A DNA stretch of 64,000 nt from Oceanobacillus sp. (GTDB lineage Bacteria; Bacillota; Bacilli; Bacillales; Amphibacillaceae), in NCBI GenBank assembly GCA_032085455.1, contig DAMDKS010000012.1, positions 31,869 to 95,868 of the forward strand, read 5' to 3'. The notes under the pieces are model-generated. The model made no database searches, was not told the DNA's origin, and saw only the letters and a list, made by a program, of their open reading frames with translations. The position numbers were made by a program, and so were the translations under genes. This document shows, in pieces, positions 19,182 through 29,295 of the stretch. How positions within the stretch are numbered: position 1 is the stretch's first letter; each line of letters starts with the position of its first letter.

Positions 19182-20198
19182 ATGACAAAAAAAACTTATG
19201 ATATTTTCGTTGGCTGCTATGGAAAGGAATGTGAAGAAACAATCCATTGGCTTGAGTTTAATGCTTTCAATGGAAAGATTCACCATGCTGCCTCATTTTC
19301 AGGAGTGGAAAATCCGTCCTATTTAACGATTGACCCTAAGCGGAATGGTTTGTATGTCATTAGTGAAAAAGAACAGGGAGAGGTGTTAAGCTTTGAAATC
19401 AATCGCCAGCTGAAAACGATTAATCCGAGGAATCGATTTCCCGCGAAAGGCGGACCGTGTTATATAGAACTAGGGGAAAAAGGTAATTATTTATTTACTG
19501 CAAATTACGGTGGTGGCAGCGTGATTGTTCATCAATTAAATCAACAAGGAGAAATAATAAAAGAAACAGATTTTAAAACGTATCATTCTGAAATCTCCAA
19601 ATTGCATACCATTAGAAGGATTCCAGAAACATCTTTTTACGTCGCAACAGATTTGGGACGTAATAAATTATATTTCTATCGATTTCATGAAGCATCGGGC
19701 AAATTACAGCAAATACAGGAAGTAGACACACCAAGTTGTTCTGGTCCAAGACATATTGCATTTCATCCGTTTTTAAATATGTTTTATGTTGTGAATGAAT
19801 TTGATTCTGCGGTTCTTGTTTACGCTTATGATGCGTCATTGGAGCACATAAAGCTGGAACAAATGATTCCAGCATTGCCAGACTATTTTAAAGGAGAAAA
19901 TTTTGGAGCGGAAATAACCTTTTTGGATTACTGCGTTTATGTATCCAATCGCGGTCATCACTCGATTGCTGTATTTAAGGTTTTACAAGATGGAAAGCTG
20001 GAAGCACTTTCCCATATTGATACTACTGGAAAGTGGCCGCGCCATTTTATTTGCATACCAAATAGTAATTATATAATAGTCGCATATGAGCATACAAATG
20101 AATTAGTTGTTATGGAAAGGGAAGAAGGAGGAAACATGAAAATAAATGAAAATCGTTTTTCGGTCGAAAGGCCGGTATGTATACAGTTTCTGGCTTAA
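19182..20198 (+). CDS. 7-bladed beta-propeller lactonase (YkgB/6-phosphogluconolactonase family)
   Basis: It is colinear with B. subtilis YkgB: GPCY, TANYGGGSV, ATDLGRNKLYFY, GPRHIAFHP, VSNRGHHSIAVF and WPRHF. Confidence 0.82.
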   Translation: MTKKTYDIFVGCYGKECEETIHWLEFNAFNGKIHHAASFSGVENPSYLTIDPKRNGLYVISEKEQGEVLSFEINRQLKTINPRNRFPAKGGPCYIELGEKGNYLFTANYGGGSVIVHQLNQQGEIIKETDFKTYHSEISKLHTIRRIPETSFYVATDLGRNKLYFYRFHEASGKLQQIQEVDTPSCSGPRHIAFHPFLNMFYVVNEFDSAVLVYAYDASLEHIKLEQMIPALPDYFKGENFGAEITFLDYCVYVSNRGHHSIAVFKVLQDGKLEALSHIDTTGKWPRHFICIPNSNYIIVAYEHTNELVVMEREEGGNMKINENRFSVERPVCIQFLA

Positions 20199-20256
20199 TA
20201 GTGGTTGGGAATTGGTATCTACAAAATATTTTTGTTATAAACATTATAATGTTATG

Positions 20257-20285
20257 TTGACTTAAGTTTTGAATAGTGCTATTAT
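20257..20285 (+). promoter_or_regulatory. SigA-type promoter TTGACT-17-TATTAT
   Basis: Good -35 and -10 hexamers with 17-nt spacing, about 225 nt upstream of the SBP gene. Confidence 0.55.
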
Positions 20286-20295
20286 TTTGGATAAG

Positions 20296-20310
20296 TTGAA
20301 AACGCTTACT
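20296..20310 (+). promoter_or_regulatory. cre site TTGAAAACGCTTACT
   Basis: It fits WTGNAANCGNWNNCW at every constrained position. It lies just downstream of the predicted -10. Confidence 0.5.
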
Positions 20311-20510
20311 AAAAAGTATCAGAAACAGCTTTTGTTTTCTGTTTCTGAAAAGGGGTGATACATAGAAGATTATTGATAGAAAAATAGATTTGTTAAGGGT
20401 GGCTCATTGGTTCTTCTTATTTCTATTAGGAGGCTGTTTAAAAGGTCAGGTAAAAATAATACCTTGAATTTCTTGGATCTTTTGAACACAAATTACAAGG
20501 AGGGTAAGTT

Positions 20511-22127
20511 GTGAAGCTAAGAAAATCGTTATTATTCATGATCGTTATTTTATTTGTAAGCGTTTTAGCTGCTTGTAATTCAGATAGCTCAGCACAGGAT
20601 GATGAAGCAAATTCTTCCGGCGATGTAAACGAATCAGGAATGCCAATTGTTGATGAAGAAATGGAATTAACTTTTTTTGCGAATAAACCTGCTCAGAATG
20701 AAAATAATGATTGGAATGACATTCTCATCTGGAACCATTATAAGGACTTATCAAATATCAATGTGAAATGGGATTTGGTTAGTCCCGATGCAATTGAGGA
20801 AAAGAGAAATCTGGCTCTTGGTAGTGGAGATTTGCCCGATGCATTTTTCCTTTCTCAACTAACAAACACGGATCTATTAAGATATGGTGGTCAAGAGGTT
20901 TTCCTGTCATTAAATGATTTAATTGAAAAGCATGCTCCCAACCTAACGGCTTTAATGGAAAATGACCCAAGCATTCGAAAAGCAATCACGTTTCCAGATG
21001 GAAATATTTATTCCATGCCTTCCCTTATTGAGGAGGATTTCCTTTCCTTGCGCCTAAGTGCAAGACCGTGGATTAATGAGGACTGGCTGAATGAATTAAA
21101 TATGGATATCCCAGAAACAACAGGAGATTTTTACGAATATTTAAAAGCAGTGAAGGAACTGGATCCAGTTGGCGGCGGAAAAACAATACCATACGGTGGA
21201 ACAGATATTATAGAGCTAGTGCAGTGGTTATCCGGCTCATTCGGTGTAATGAATCATGGACCGGCTAATACAAATTTTGATTTAGATCCGCAAGATGATT
21301 CGAAATTACGGTTCTATGTGACAACTGATGAATATAGAGAACTGATGGAATACATTCACAAGCTGTATGACGAAGGATTAATCGACCAAAGTATCTTTAC
21401 GATTGATTGGGGTCAATTCCTTGCAAATGCATCAGATAATTTATATGGAAGTATGACTTTCTACGATCCAATTGAATTATTTGGTGAAGAAATCGGCTCA
21501 CAATATAATAATTTAGCAGCATTAGAGGGACCAGATGGTCATCAGCATTACAACAAACTTTCTCCATCTGTTTGGGATACTTCTAATTTAGTCATTACAA
21601 ATGAAAACCCGAATCCAGCAGCGACGGTAAGATGGATGGATCACTTCTACAGTGAAGAAGGGGCAAAGCTTTATTACATGGGTGTTGAAAACGAAACCTT
21701 TGAAGAAAAAGATGGGGAAATTGTTTATATGGATCATATTTTAAACCCGGAAGGCGATATGACGTTTGAACAAGCGATAGCAAAACAGTTAACGTGGTTA
21801 GGTTCCATTAACGGAATTATTAAAGCGGATTATTTCCAGGGTGGGGAATCTGCACCACAATCAATGAAAGCTGCAGAGGCTGCAGCGCCATTTGTACCAG
21901 ATGAGATTTGGGCAAGATTCACATTTACTGACGAAGAAAATAGAATTCTTCAGTCAGTTGGACAAGACGTCAACAGCTATGTAGAGGAAATGACTGATAA
22001 ATTTATTACTGGGGATGAAGATCTGGATGGCTGGGATAATTATGTCACAACATTGGAGCAAATGGGGCTCGAAGATGTAATTGAAGTCTATCAAAATGCT
22101 TATGAGAGATATGTAGAAAATAATTAG
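20511..22127 (+). CDS. ABC transporter extracellular solute-binding lipoprotein (large LplA-type)
   Basis: 538 aa with lipobox LAAC. Size and organisation match LplA/YtcQ-type polysaccharide-fragment binding proteins. Confidence 0.82.
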   Translation: MKLRKSLLFMIVILFVSVLAACNSDSSAQDDEANSSGDVNESGMPIVDEEMELTFFANKPAQNENNDWNDILIWNHYKDLSNINVKWDLVSPDAIEEKRNLALGSGDLPDAFFLSQLTNTDLLRYGGQEVFLSLNDLIEKHAPNLTALMENDPSIRKAITFPDGNIYSMPSLIEEDFLSLRLSARPWINEDWLNELNMDIPETTGDFYEYLKAVKELDPVGGGKTIPYGGTDIIELVQWLSGSFGVMNHGPANTNFDLDPQDDSKLRFYVTTDEYRELMEYIHKLYDEGLIDQSIFTIDWGQFLANASDNLYGSMTFYDPIELFGEEIGSQYNNLAALEGPDGHQHYNKLSPSVWDTSNLVITNENPNPAATVRWMDHFYSEEGAKLYYMGVENETFEEKDGEIVYMDHILNPEGDMTFEQAIAKQLTWLGSINGIIKADYFQGGESAPQSMKAAEAAAPFVPDEIWARFTFTDEENRILQSVGQDVNSYVEEMTDKFITGDEDLDGWDNYVTTLEQMGLEDVIEVYQNAYERYVENN

Positions 22128-22134
22128 CAGAGCT

Positions 22135-22180
22135 TTCGAGGGGCGGGAGGGGGATGCCCCCCTGTCCTCCTCCCTTTTTA
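22135..22180 (+). terminator. GC-rich intercistronic stem-loop / partial terminator
   Basis: AGGGGG-ATG-CCCCCT core with a flanking GC-rich extension and a T5 tail, located between the SBP and permease genes. Confidence 0.4.
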
Positions 22181-22232
22181 ATAAATCAAAGTAAGCAGTG
22201 ACATACGCTTTAAAAAGGAGGTTCATTCGTAT

Positions 22233-23168
22233 ATGGAAATACAGCCACCGTCAAGTCGAAGCAGAGGCTATAGAGTAAAGAAAAACTTGCTGGCAAATTG
22301 GCAATTATACTTATTTCTTTTACCAGTTATGACTTATTTTTTTATATTTCATTATATCCCGATGTACGGCATTCAAATCGCTTTTAAAGATTATTTCGCA
22401 AACCTTGGTATTAATGGGAGTCCGTGGATTGGGTTTGAGCATTTTGAGAGGTTTTTCAACTCTTATTACTTTTGGAGACTTTTAAAGAATACTATTATCC
22501 TGAATCTCTATATGCTGCTGCTTTTTCCATTACCGATTATTTTTGCCTTAGCTTTAAACGAACTGCGAAATGGACCGTTTAAAAAATGGACGCAAACACT
22601 TACATACGCACCTCATTTTATCTCCGTTGTGGTTGTTGTCGGAATGCTTGTGGCTTTTTTAGATCCAAACACCGGTCTTGTAAACCATGTTGTCCGTTTG
22701 TTAGGTATGGATGCCATTCCTTTCTTGACAAGTCCCGAATGGTTTAGGCATATATTTGTCTGGTCGGGGCAATGGCAATCATTGGGATGGGGAACGATTA
22801 TATATTTAGCAGCTTTAGCTGGGGTTAACCCAGAATTGCATGAAGCAGCGAAAGTAGACGGAGCAACTAGAATGCAGCGGATTTTGAGGATTAATATACC
22901 AAGTATTATGCCAACCATTGTGATTTTATTTATTTTGAATATCGGTAACTTTATGCAGATAGGCTTTGAAAAAGTTTTATTAATGCAAAATAACTTAAAC
23001 TCAGGAACTTCAGATATCATTCAGACCTATGTTTATGAGACAGGTATTTTGCAAGGGCAATATAGCTTTGCAGCTGCAATTGGTTTATTTGAGTCTGTTA
23101 TTAATATTATTCTGCTGATTACAGTAAACCAGATTGCAAGAAAAGTAAGTGATAACAGTCTATGGTAG
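22233..23168 (+). CDS. Sugar ABC transporter permease (LplB-type)
   Basis: 311-aa polytopic protein. The EAA loop AAKVDGATRMQRILRINIPSI is present. Confidence 0.85.
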   Translation: MEIQPPSSRSRGYRVKKNLLANWQLYLFLLPVMTYFFIFHYIPMYGIQIAFKDYFANLGINGSPWIGFEHFERFFNSYYFWRLLKNTIILNLYMLLLFPLPIIFALALNELRNGPFKKWTQTLTYAPHFISVVVVVGMLVAFLDPNTGLVNHVVRLLGMDAIPFLTSPEWFRHIFVWSGQWQSLGWGTIIYLAALAGVNPELHEAAKVDGATRMQRILRINIPSIMPTIVILFILNIGNFMQIGFEKVLLMQNNLNSGTSDIIQTYVYETGILQGQYSFAAAIGLFESVINIILLITVNQIARKVSDNSLW

Positions 23169-23183
23169 AGAGGGGATGAAACG

Positions 23184-24080
23184 ATGGCGAAGTTTAGTCT
23201 GTCAGATAAGGCATTTGATAGGATCAATACTATCTTTGTGCTGCTCATTACACTCATTATTATTTATCCGCTTATTTTTGTGATTAGTGCATCAATCAGT
23301 GATCCACAGGCTGTTAATACCGGAAAGATGTGGCTATGGCCAGTTGATGTGACATTTAATGGTTTTGTTCGCGTGTTTCAAAATGCGGCGATCTGGACCG
23401 GGTACAAAAATACGCTTATTTATACAGGTGTTGGAATTTGCATTCATTTATTTATTTTGCTTCCTGCAGCATATGCATTATCAAGGAAGGAATTAATGGC
23501 GAAGAAGCTGATTCTATGGTTTATCTTGTTTACAATGCTATTTAATGGGGGATTGGTTCCGACTTATTTAGTTGTTAAGGGTCTTGGAATGCTAGATACG
23601 ATGTGGGCGATTGTTATTCCAGGTGTTATTGGTGCCTGGTCCATCCTTGTTGCGCGTACCTTTTTTCAGCAAACCATTCCAGATCAGCTCGTTGAAGCAG
23701 CGAAGATTGATGGTGCAAGCGATATCTATTTATTCTTAAAGATTGTCTTGCCACTTTCTCTTCCAATCATTGCAGTCATGGCTCTCTTTCATGGAGTAGC
23801 CCTGTGGAATCAATATTTCAATGCGTTAATCTATTTGTCAGATAAGAGTAAGTATCCACTGCAATTAATACTTAGGCAAATATTAATTTTAAATGAGGTG
23901 AGCACAGATAGTGCTGCAAATGCGGCAGGCTCTGCACAATCATTTGCAGATCAGGTGAAAACTGCATCACTTGTAAAGTATGCTGTAATCATTGTGTCTG
24001 CACTGCCATTATTAATTGTCTATCCATTTTTACAACGATACTTTGTCAAAGGGGTATTAATTGGCTCTGTCAAGGAATAA
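23184..24080 (+). CDS. Carbohydrate ABC transporter permease (LplC-type)
   Basis: 298-aa polytopic protein. The EAA loop AAKIDGASDIYLFLKIVLPLS is present. Confidence 0.85.
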   Translation: MAKFSLSDKAFDRINTIFVLLITLIIIYPLIFVISASISDPQAVNTGKMWLWPVDVTFNGFVRVFQNAAIWTGYKNTLIYTGVGICIHLFILLPAAYALSRKELMAKKLILWFILFTMLFNGGLVPTYLVVKGLGMLDTMWAIVIPGVIGAWSILVARTFFQQTIPDQLVEAAKIDGASDIYLFLKIVLPLSLPIIAVMALFHGVALWNQYFNALIYLSDKSKYPLQLILRQILILNEVSTDSAANAAGSAQSFADQVKTASLVKYAVIIVSALPLLIVYPFLQRYFVKGVLIGSVKE

Positions 24081-24095
24081 AAATATCGTTGGGTC

Positions 24096-24740
24096 ATGAT
24101 ACGATTAATAAAGGAGGCGGCAGACTTGTCCGGGTTCATTAAAGGCTATTATCAATTTTCAGTTTGGGTAACACGACTTGCGTATTTAAACGTATTATGG
24201 ATTTTGTTTTCATTGCTCGGTTTCATATTATTTGGGTTGATGCCTGCAACTGCAGCAATGTTTGCCGTTGTTCGGAAATGGAATATGGGGGAAAAAGATA
24301 TTGCTATTTTACCGCTGTTTTGGAAGACGTATAAAGAAGCGTTTATAAAGACAAATGGATTAGGACTTATTTTGTTTGTTGCTGGATATCTGTTAACAGT
24401 AGAATTCCAAATTATAAGTACACAAACCAGTCTTGTTTATCTTATTGGCCGCTTTACTATATTGGCTATTGGGCTGTTATATATTATGATTCTACTTTAT
24501 TTTTTCCCGATTTTTGTTCATTTTGAGTTAAAGACCATTCATTATCTGAAATGGCCGTTTATTATAGGGATTGTTCACCCCATTCTAACCTTATTTTTAT
24601 TTGCTTGTATTGGTTTGTTGCTTTATATCACGTTTATTACGGTTCCTGCTTTACTCTTCTTTTTTGGGGCAAGTATTTCGGCATTCATTATTATGTGGGG
24701 GGTGTCGCTAACTTTTTCAAAGTATGAAGTGAGTACTTAA
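24096..24740 (+). CDS. YesL-family (DUF624) membrane protein
   Basis: 214-aa membrane protein. The motif GLMPATAAMFAVVRKW and its position after LplBC-type permeases are typical of YesL. Confidence 0.7.
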   Translation: MIRLIKEAADLSGFIKGYYQFSVWVTRLAYLNVLWILFSLLGFILFGLMPATAAMFAVVRKWNMGEKDIAILPLFWKTYKEAFIKTNGLGLILFVAGYLLTVEFQIISTQTSLVYLIGRFTILAIGLLYIMILLYFFPIFVHFELKTIHYLKWPFIIGIVHPILTLFLFACIGLLLYITFITVPALLFFFGASISAFIIMWGVSLTFSKYEVST

Positions 24741-24764
24741 TGTAAGTGAAGGGAGTTTTCTGAA

Positions 24765-26336
24765 ATGGAAAAGATAATTGGCGAATTATTTGTGATTGGT
24801 TTTCATGGTAAAAAGGTGCCAAAGGAAATAAAAGAATTGATTCATCGCTATCATATTGGTGGCATTATTTTGTTTACCCGGAATATCGGAACTCCTGAAG
24901 AAGTCCTTTCATTAACTGCAGCACTTCAGAGTGAGGCTAAAGCGGCAGGATATACGCAGCCGCTCCTCATTTGTATTGATCAGGAAAACGGGGCAGTGCG
25001 CCGTTTAGGAGAAGGGACGACAATTTTTCCAGGATCGATGGCTCTTGGGGCAAGTGACAGTCCGGAAAATGCGTATAATGTAGGTTTTGCAACAGGAAAG
25101 GAATTATTGGCACTGGGAATTAACTGGAACTTAGCACCTGTTGTTGATGTGAATAATAATCCTGAAAATCCAGTAATTGGCGTTCGTTCTTTTGGTGAAT
25201 CACCTAAGAAAGTTGCAAAGCTTGGGAAAGCAATGATGAAGGGAATGCAGGATGCGGGAGTTGTAACAACGCTGAAGCATTTTCCTGGGCATGGGGACAC
25301 AAATACAGACTCTCATTTATCTCTGCCAACGATTCAGCATCAGATGGAACGCTTGGAAGCTGTGGAACTCTTTCCATTTAAAGAAGGTATCAAAGCTGGA
25401 GCCGATCTAATTATGACGGCACATATTCATTTTTCAGCTATCGAACAAGAAAAAGATAAACCAGCAACACTATCAAAAGCTGTAATTACCGGGCTGCTCA
25501 GAGAGCGATTAGCTTATTCTGGTGTTGTTACAACAGATTGTATGGAAATGAAGGCAATATCGGAGACGATTGGGACAGAAAAAGGAGCGGTTGCTGCATT
25601 GGAGGCTGGAGCGGATATGGTAATGATTTCGCATACACTTGAGCGCCAAAAAGGAGCATTGCAGGAAGTCATGCAAGCAGTGAAATCCGGAAAGCTTGAT
25701 CAGGCAGCTCTTAGGACCTCTTCCGAGCGTATCAGAAGTTTAAAAAACACCTATTTACACTGGGATCATCTATTTAGCACTCCAAAAGCGCTTGAGGCTG
25801 TTGGAACGAAGGAACATGAGGAGCTAAGCTATAACGTGTATCGGGAATGTGTCACACTTGTAAAAAATGAAGGCATTGTTCCATTGACAAGTAAAAATGT
25901 CCTTGTTCTGACGCCAGAAGATCATTCTGGAACACCTGCAGAGGATAAAAAATACAGCGGAATCAGATTAGTTGAAGCTATGCGAGCATATTGTCCAGAA
26001 GCTGATGAAAAGTATATTTCGGAGCAAATGCCGGAAAGTGAAAGCAGTTCTTTATTAGCAGTTGCAGATTTATACACATGTATAATTGTCGGCACATTAA
26101 ACCTGGCAGAAAACCCAAAACAGCAGAAGCTCATTCATAAAATAGTGGCAAAGGGGATTCCAGTAATTGCTGTTGCAATGAGAAGCCCTTATGATGTGTC
26201 TTATTTATCAGTGGTTCAAGCGTGCATTTGCACTTATGACTATACGTATCCAGCTTTAAAAATTGCTGCAGGTGCTATCTTCGGGAAGGAACAAGTCTCA
26301 GGGAAATTGCCTGTTATGATTGAAACACATAGCTGA
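24765..26336 (+). CDS. nagZ: Glycoside hydrolase family 3 beta-N-acetylhexosaminidase (NagZ-like), cytoplasmic
   Basis: IGGIILF, DQENG.V.R, NLAPVVDV and KHFPGHGDTNTDSH are GH3 motifs. No signal peptide was seen. Confidence 0.82.
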   Translation: MEKIIGELFVIGFHGKKVPKEIKELIHRYHIGGIILFTRNIGTPEEVLSLTAALQSEAKAAGYTQPLLICIDQENGAVRRLGEGTTIFPGSMALGASDSPENAYNVGFATGKELLALGINWNLAPVVDVNNNPENPVIGVRSFGESPKKVAKLGKAMMKGMQDAGVVTTLKHFPGHGDTNTDSHLSLPTIQHQMERLEAVELFPFKEGIKAGADLIMTAHIHFSAIEQEKDKPATLSKAVITGLLRERLAYSGVVTTDCMEMKAISETIGTEKGAVAALEAGADMVMISHTLERQKGALQEVMQAVKSGKLDQAALRTSSERIRSLKNTYLHWDHLFSTPKALEAVGTKEHEELSYNVYRECVTLVKNEGIVPLTSKNVLVLTPEDHSGTPAEDKKYSGIRLVEAMRAYCPEADEKYISEQMPESESSSLLAVADLYTCIIVGTLNLAENPKQQKLIHKIVAKGIPVIAVAMRSPYDVSYLSVVQACICTYDYTYPALKIAAGAIFGKEQVSGKLPVMIETHS

Positions 26337-26380
26337 TAGAAAATGAAGTTGTTGTCGGGGTAAAGAAGGAGATTAAAAAC

Positions 26381-27496
26381 ATGAGGCAAATTGTAAGAAA
26401 TGCCAAATTAGTAAGTGGAGACATCATCGATATTATTATAAAGGATAAAGAGATTGAATCAGTCACTAAATCATTCCGAGGTGAAGCTGATATTTTATTT
26501 GATGCAGCTGGCATGTATGTTTCACCAGGCTGGATTGATCTTCATACACATGCATTTCCAAAATATGAACCATATTGTGCAATACCAGATGATATTGGCT
26601 ATAAAACAGGTGTAACGACCGTTGTTGATGCCGGCAGCAGTGGTGCAGATACAATAGATGAACTTTATTCTATTGCCAATCAAGCAAAAACAAGGATATT
26701 TTCCCTGTTGAATATATCGCGAATTGGTTTAAAAGAACAAAATGAATTATCTGATATGACCTCTATTTCATTTGAGGCAATTGAAGAAGCAATAGCGAAA
26801 TATCCTGATTTTATTGTTGGCTTGAAAGCAAGAATGAGTGGGAGTGTAGTATCCTCTAACGGGATAAAGCCGCTACAGCTTGCGAAGCAGTTCAGTAAAA
26901 AGTTAAGCTTGCCAATTATGGTTCATGTAGGCAGCTCTCCCCCTGTGCTGGAAGAAATACTGTCATATCTAGAAAAAGGGGATATATTAACGCATTGCTT
27001 CCATGAGAAAGACAGAAATCATATATTTCGTGATGACTGGACAATTGAGCCAGCCCTTTTACAAGCAATGAAGCGCGGTATCTATTTAGATATTGGTCAC
27101 GGGACATCCAGCTTTTCCTTTCAAATAGCAAAAAAGGCAAAAGCGATGGGAATTCACTTTAATAGTATTGGGACAGATATTTATAAGAAAAATCAGCAAT
27201 TTGGACCTGTTTATGATATGGCAACAACATTAACAAAATTCCTTGTGTTAGGCCATACATTAGAAGAAGTCATTCGGGCTGTCACGGAAACACCTGCAAG
27301 GATAATAAAAAGGCCAGAGTTAGGTAAATTGGAAAAAGGCACGCCTGCTGAACTGACCTTTTTTACCGTTGAGAAAGCACAAAAAGAACTCAAAGATGCA
27401 TTAGGAAATACACTAACTGCAGATGTCGTCATCTGTGAGCAAGCAGTACTTTTAGGTGGTGAGCTAATTGAACTTAAAAAGAGTCATCAATGCTAG
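26381..27496 (+). CDS. Amidohydrolase/deacetylase-family metallohydrolase (EF_0837-type)
   Basis: GWIDLHTHAF metal-binding start and a dihydroorotase-like fold. It is always paired with SelA-related and KDGP-aldolase genes in the conserved EF_0837-0840-type cluster. Confidence 0.75.
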   Translation: MRQIVRNAKLVSGDIIDIIIKDKEIESVTKSFRGEADILFDAAGMYVSPGWIDLHTHAFPKYEPYCAIPDDIGYKTGVTTVVDAGSSGADTIDELYSIANQAKTRIFSLLNISRIGLKEQNELSDMTSISFEAIEEAIAKYPDFIVGLKARMSGSVVSSNGIKPLQLAKQFSKKLSLPIMVHVGSSPPVLEEILSYLEKGDILTHCFHEKDRNHIFRDDWTIEPALLQAMKRGIYLDIGHGTSSFSFQIAKKAKAMGIHFNSIGTDIYKKNQQFGPVYDMATTLTKFLVLGHTLEEVIRAVTETPARIIKRPELGKLEKGTPAELTFFTVEKAQKELKDALGNTLTADVVICEQAVLLGGELIELKKSHQC

Positions 27497-28547
27497 CGGC
27501 AGGATGAGCAAATTGGGTGTTTCTACTCTTTCCGATAACGTGCTGGATGGAATGAAATATGGTGGCCAGCATTATTTTGATATGGATGAGCTGATGGAGG
27601 AATCCGGAAAGCTAGTCGCGCAATATATAAAAACGGAACATGCGCTTATCACAAATTCGGCATCTGCAGCAATTGTGCTAGCAATCGCTGGGATTATTAC
27701 CAAAGCCAATCCTTCCTTCGTTGAGTATTTGCATGAAGCAGGGGTGACACAGCCTAACGATTTTTTAATGATGAAGGGGCATAATGTCGATTATGGAGCA
27801 CCAATTGAAGTGATGATGCGACTGGGCGGAGCATTCCCGAAAGAAGCAGGCTATGCTAATGGATGTACCATCATGCAGTTGGAACAGGCAATAACAGATC
27901 TAACTGCTGGAATATTATTTGTAAAATCACATCACTGTGTACAAAAGAATATGCCTTCCTTACAAGAAGTAAAACAGCTTTGCGAAAAGCATCAATTGCC
28001 GCTCGTATTAGATGCAGCAGCCGAAGAAGACATTCAAGCGTATGCTGATGAAGCGGATTTAATTATTTTCAGCGGCTCGAAAGCAATTCAAGGTCCGACA
28101 TCCGGAATTTTGGCTGGTAAAAAGGAGTATGTTGCATATGCTTCAGGACACCTGAAAGGGATTGGCAGAGCAATGAAAGTCGGCAAAGAAGCTATCTTCG
28201 GCTTATTGAATGCATTGGAGCAATATCATTTTGAAAAGTCAGGGAGCAAAAAGCAGCTAAGGGAACTTGAGAAGCTGAAACAGCTGGAGCTTTTAGAAGG
28301 TGTTCGCATTGCAATAAGGAAAGATGAGGCTGGCAGGGATATATATCGAGGGTGTATCTGCATTGCTGAAGATAAAGCAAAGTTAAATGCTGCAGCACTT
28401 GTTCAACAATTAAAAGCTGGTAGTACAGCTATTTTTACACGTGATTATCATGCGAACAATGGGAGCTTTGATATAGACCCAAGACCATTACGGACAGGAG
28501 ATATGGAAGTAATTATTGAAAAAATAAAACATCTATTAGGAGGCTGA
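27468..28547 (+). CDS. dgaE: SelA-related PLP enzyme, DgaE-like D-glucosaminate-6-phosphate ammonia-lyase
   Basis: It is colinear with Salmonella DgaE: LKRVINA.G.M..LGVS, GHNVDYGAP, VKSHHCVQK, LPL..DAAAEED, SG.KA...PTSG and GI.RAMK.GKE. It has a TTG start that overlaps the upstream gene. Confidence 0.82.
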   Translation: MNLKRVINASGRMSKLGVSTLSDNVLDGMKYGGQHYFDMDELMEESGKLVAQYIKTEHALITNSASAAIVLAIAGIITKANPSFVEYLHEAGVTQPNDFLMMKGHNVDYGAPIEVMMRLGGAFPKEAGYANGCTIMQLEQAITDLTAGILFVKSHHCVQKNMPSLQEVKQLCEKHQLPLVLDAAAEEDIQAYADEADLIIFSGSKAIQGPTSGILAGKKEYVAYASGHLKGIGRAMKVGKEAIFGLLNALEQYHFEKSGSKKQLRELEKLKQLELLEGVRIAIRKDEAGRDIYRGCICIAEDKAKLNAAALVQQLKAGSTAIFTRDYHANNGSFDIDPRPLRTGDMEVIIEKIKHLLGG

Positions 28548-28551
28548 TGTT

Positions 28552-29295
28552 TTGCTGGATTCTCACTTTTACCAAGATCGTATCTGTTTGAATGTATTAG
28601 CTAAGGATATTGAAAATGCAAAACAAATCTATGAGATAATGAATGGAAATGTGCTGATTGGCATAATATCCAGCCGCTATGAAACAGTGGAGCAGGCACT
28701 TGCGGAAATAGAAGACTTTGATAAAGCGGTAGACGCAGCAATTTCAATTGGTTTGGGTAATGGCGATCCTAATCAATGGCGGATGGTTGCCGCTATTTGC
28801 CGAGAATACAAACCAAGGCATGTAAATCAAGTATTTTCTAAAGTAGGTTATACGAGGGCTTGTGTGAATAATGATATAAGTTTTATTAATGGACTTGTCA
28901 GCCTTGCCGCGAAACCAGGATTTGTCAACATTGCCACGGGACTACTCCATCAACAGCCAATCATCGTTGAAGCAAGAGCAGCGATTCATTTAATCAGAGA
29001 GATGGGCGGGAATTCTATTAAAATATTCCCATTGCAAGGTTTAAAAAGGATGGAAGCATATCAGGAATTAATGAAGGTTTGTGCGGAAGAAGCATTTACT
29101 GTTGAACCAACAGGCGGGATTAACCTGACTAATTTTAAACAAATAGTGGAAACCGCCTTGCAAGCAGGTGTAAAAAGAGTTATCCCCCATGTTTATTCTT
29201 CCATCATTGATTCCTCGTCATGTTTAACAAATGTAAAGGACATAGCCGAATTGTATAAGATGACGAAGGAGCTGGGAGATGCGTATGAAACATAA
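28552..29295 (+). CDS. KDGP aldolase family protein (DUF1341/EF_0839-type oxo-acid lyase)
   Basis: 247 aa, recognised by family resemblance and conserved cluster context. Confidence 0.65.
   Translation: MLDSHFYQDRICLNVLAKDIENAKQIYEIMNGNVLIGIISSRYETVEQALAEIEDFDKAVDAAISIGLGNGDPNQWRMVAAICREYKPRHVNQVFSKVGYTRACVNNDISFINGLVSLAAKPGFVNIATGLLHQQPIIVEARAAIHLIREMGGNSIKIFPLQGLKRMEAYQELMKVCAEEAFTVEPTGGINLTNFKQIVETALQAGVKRVIPHVYSSIIDSSSCLTNVKDIAELYKMTKELGDAYET

Noticed and set aside
22613-23020. 135-aa minus-strand ORF inside the LplB-type permease
   Set aside because: It is an antisense shadow with no motif or RBS.
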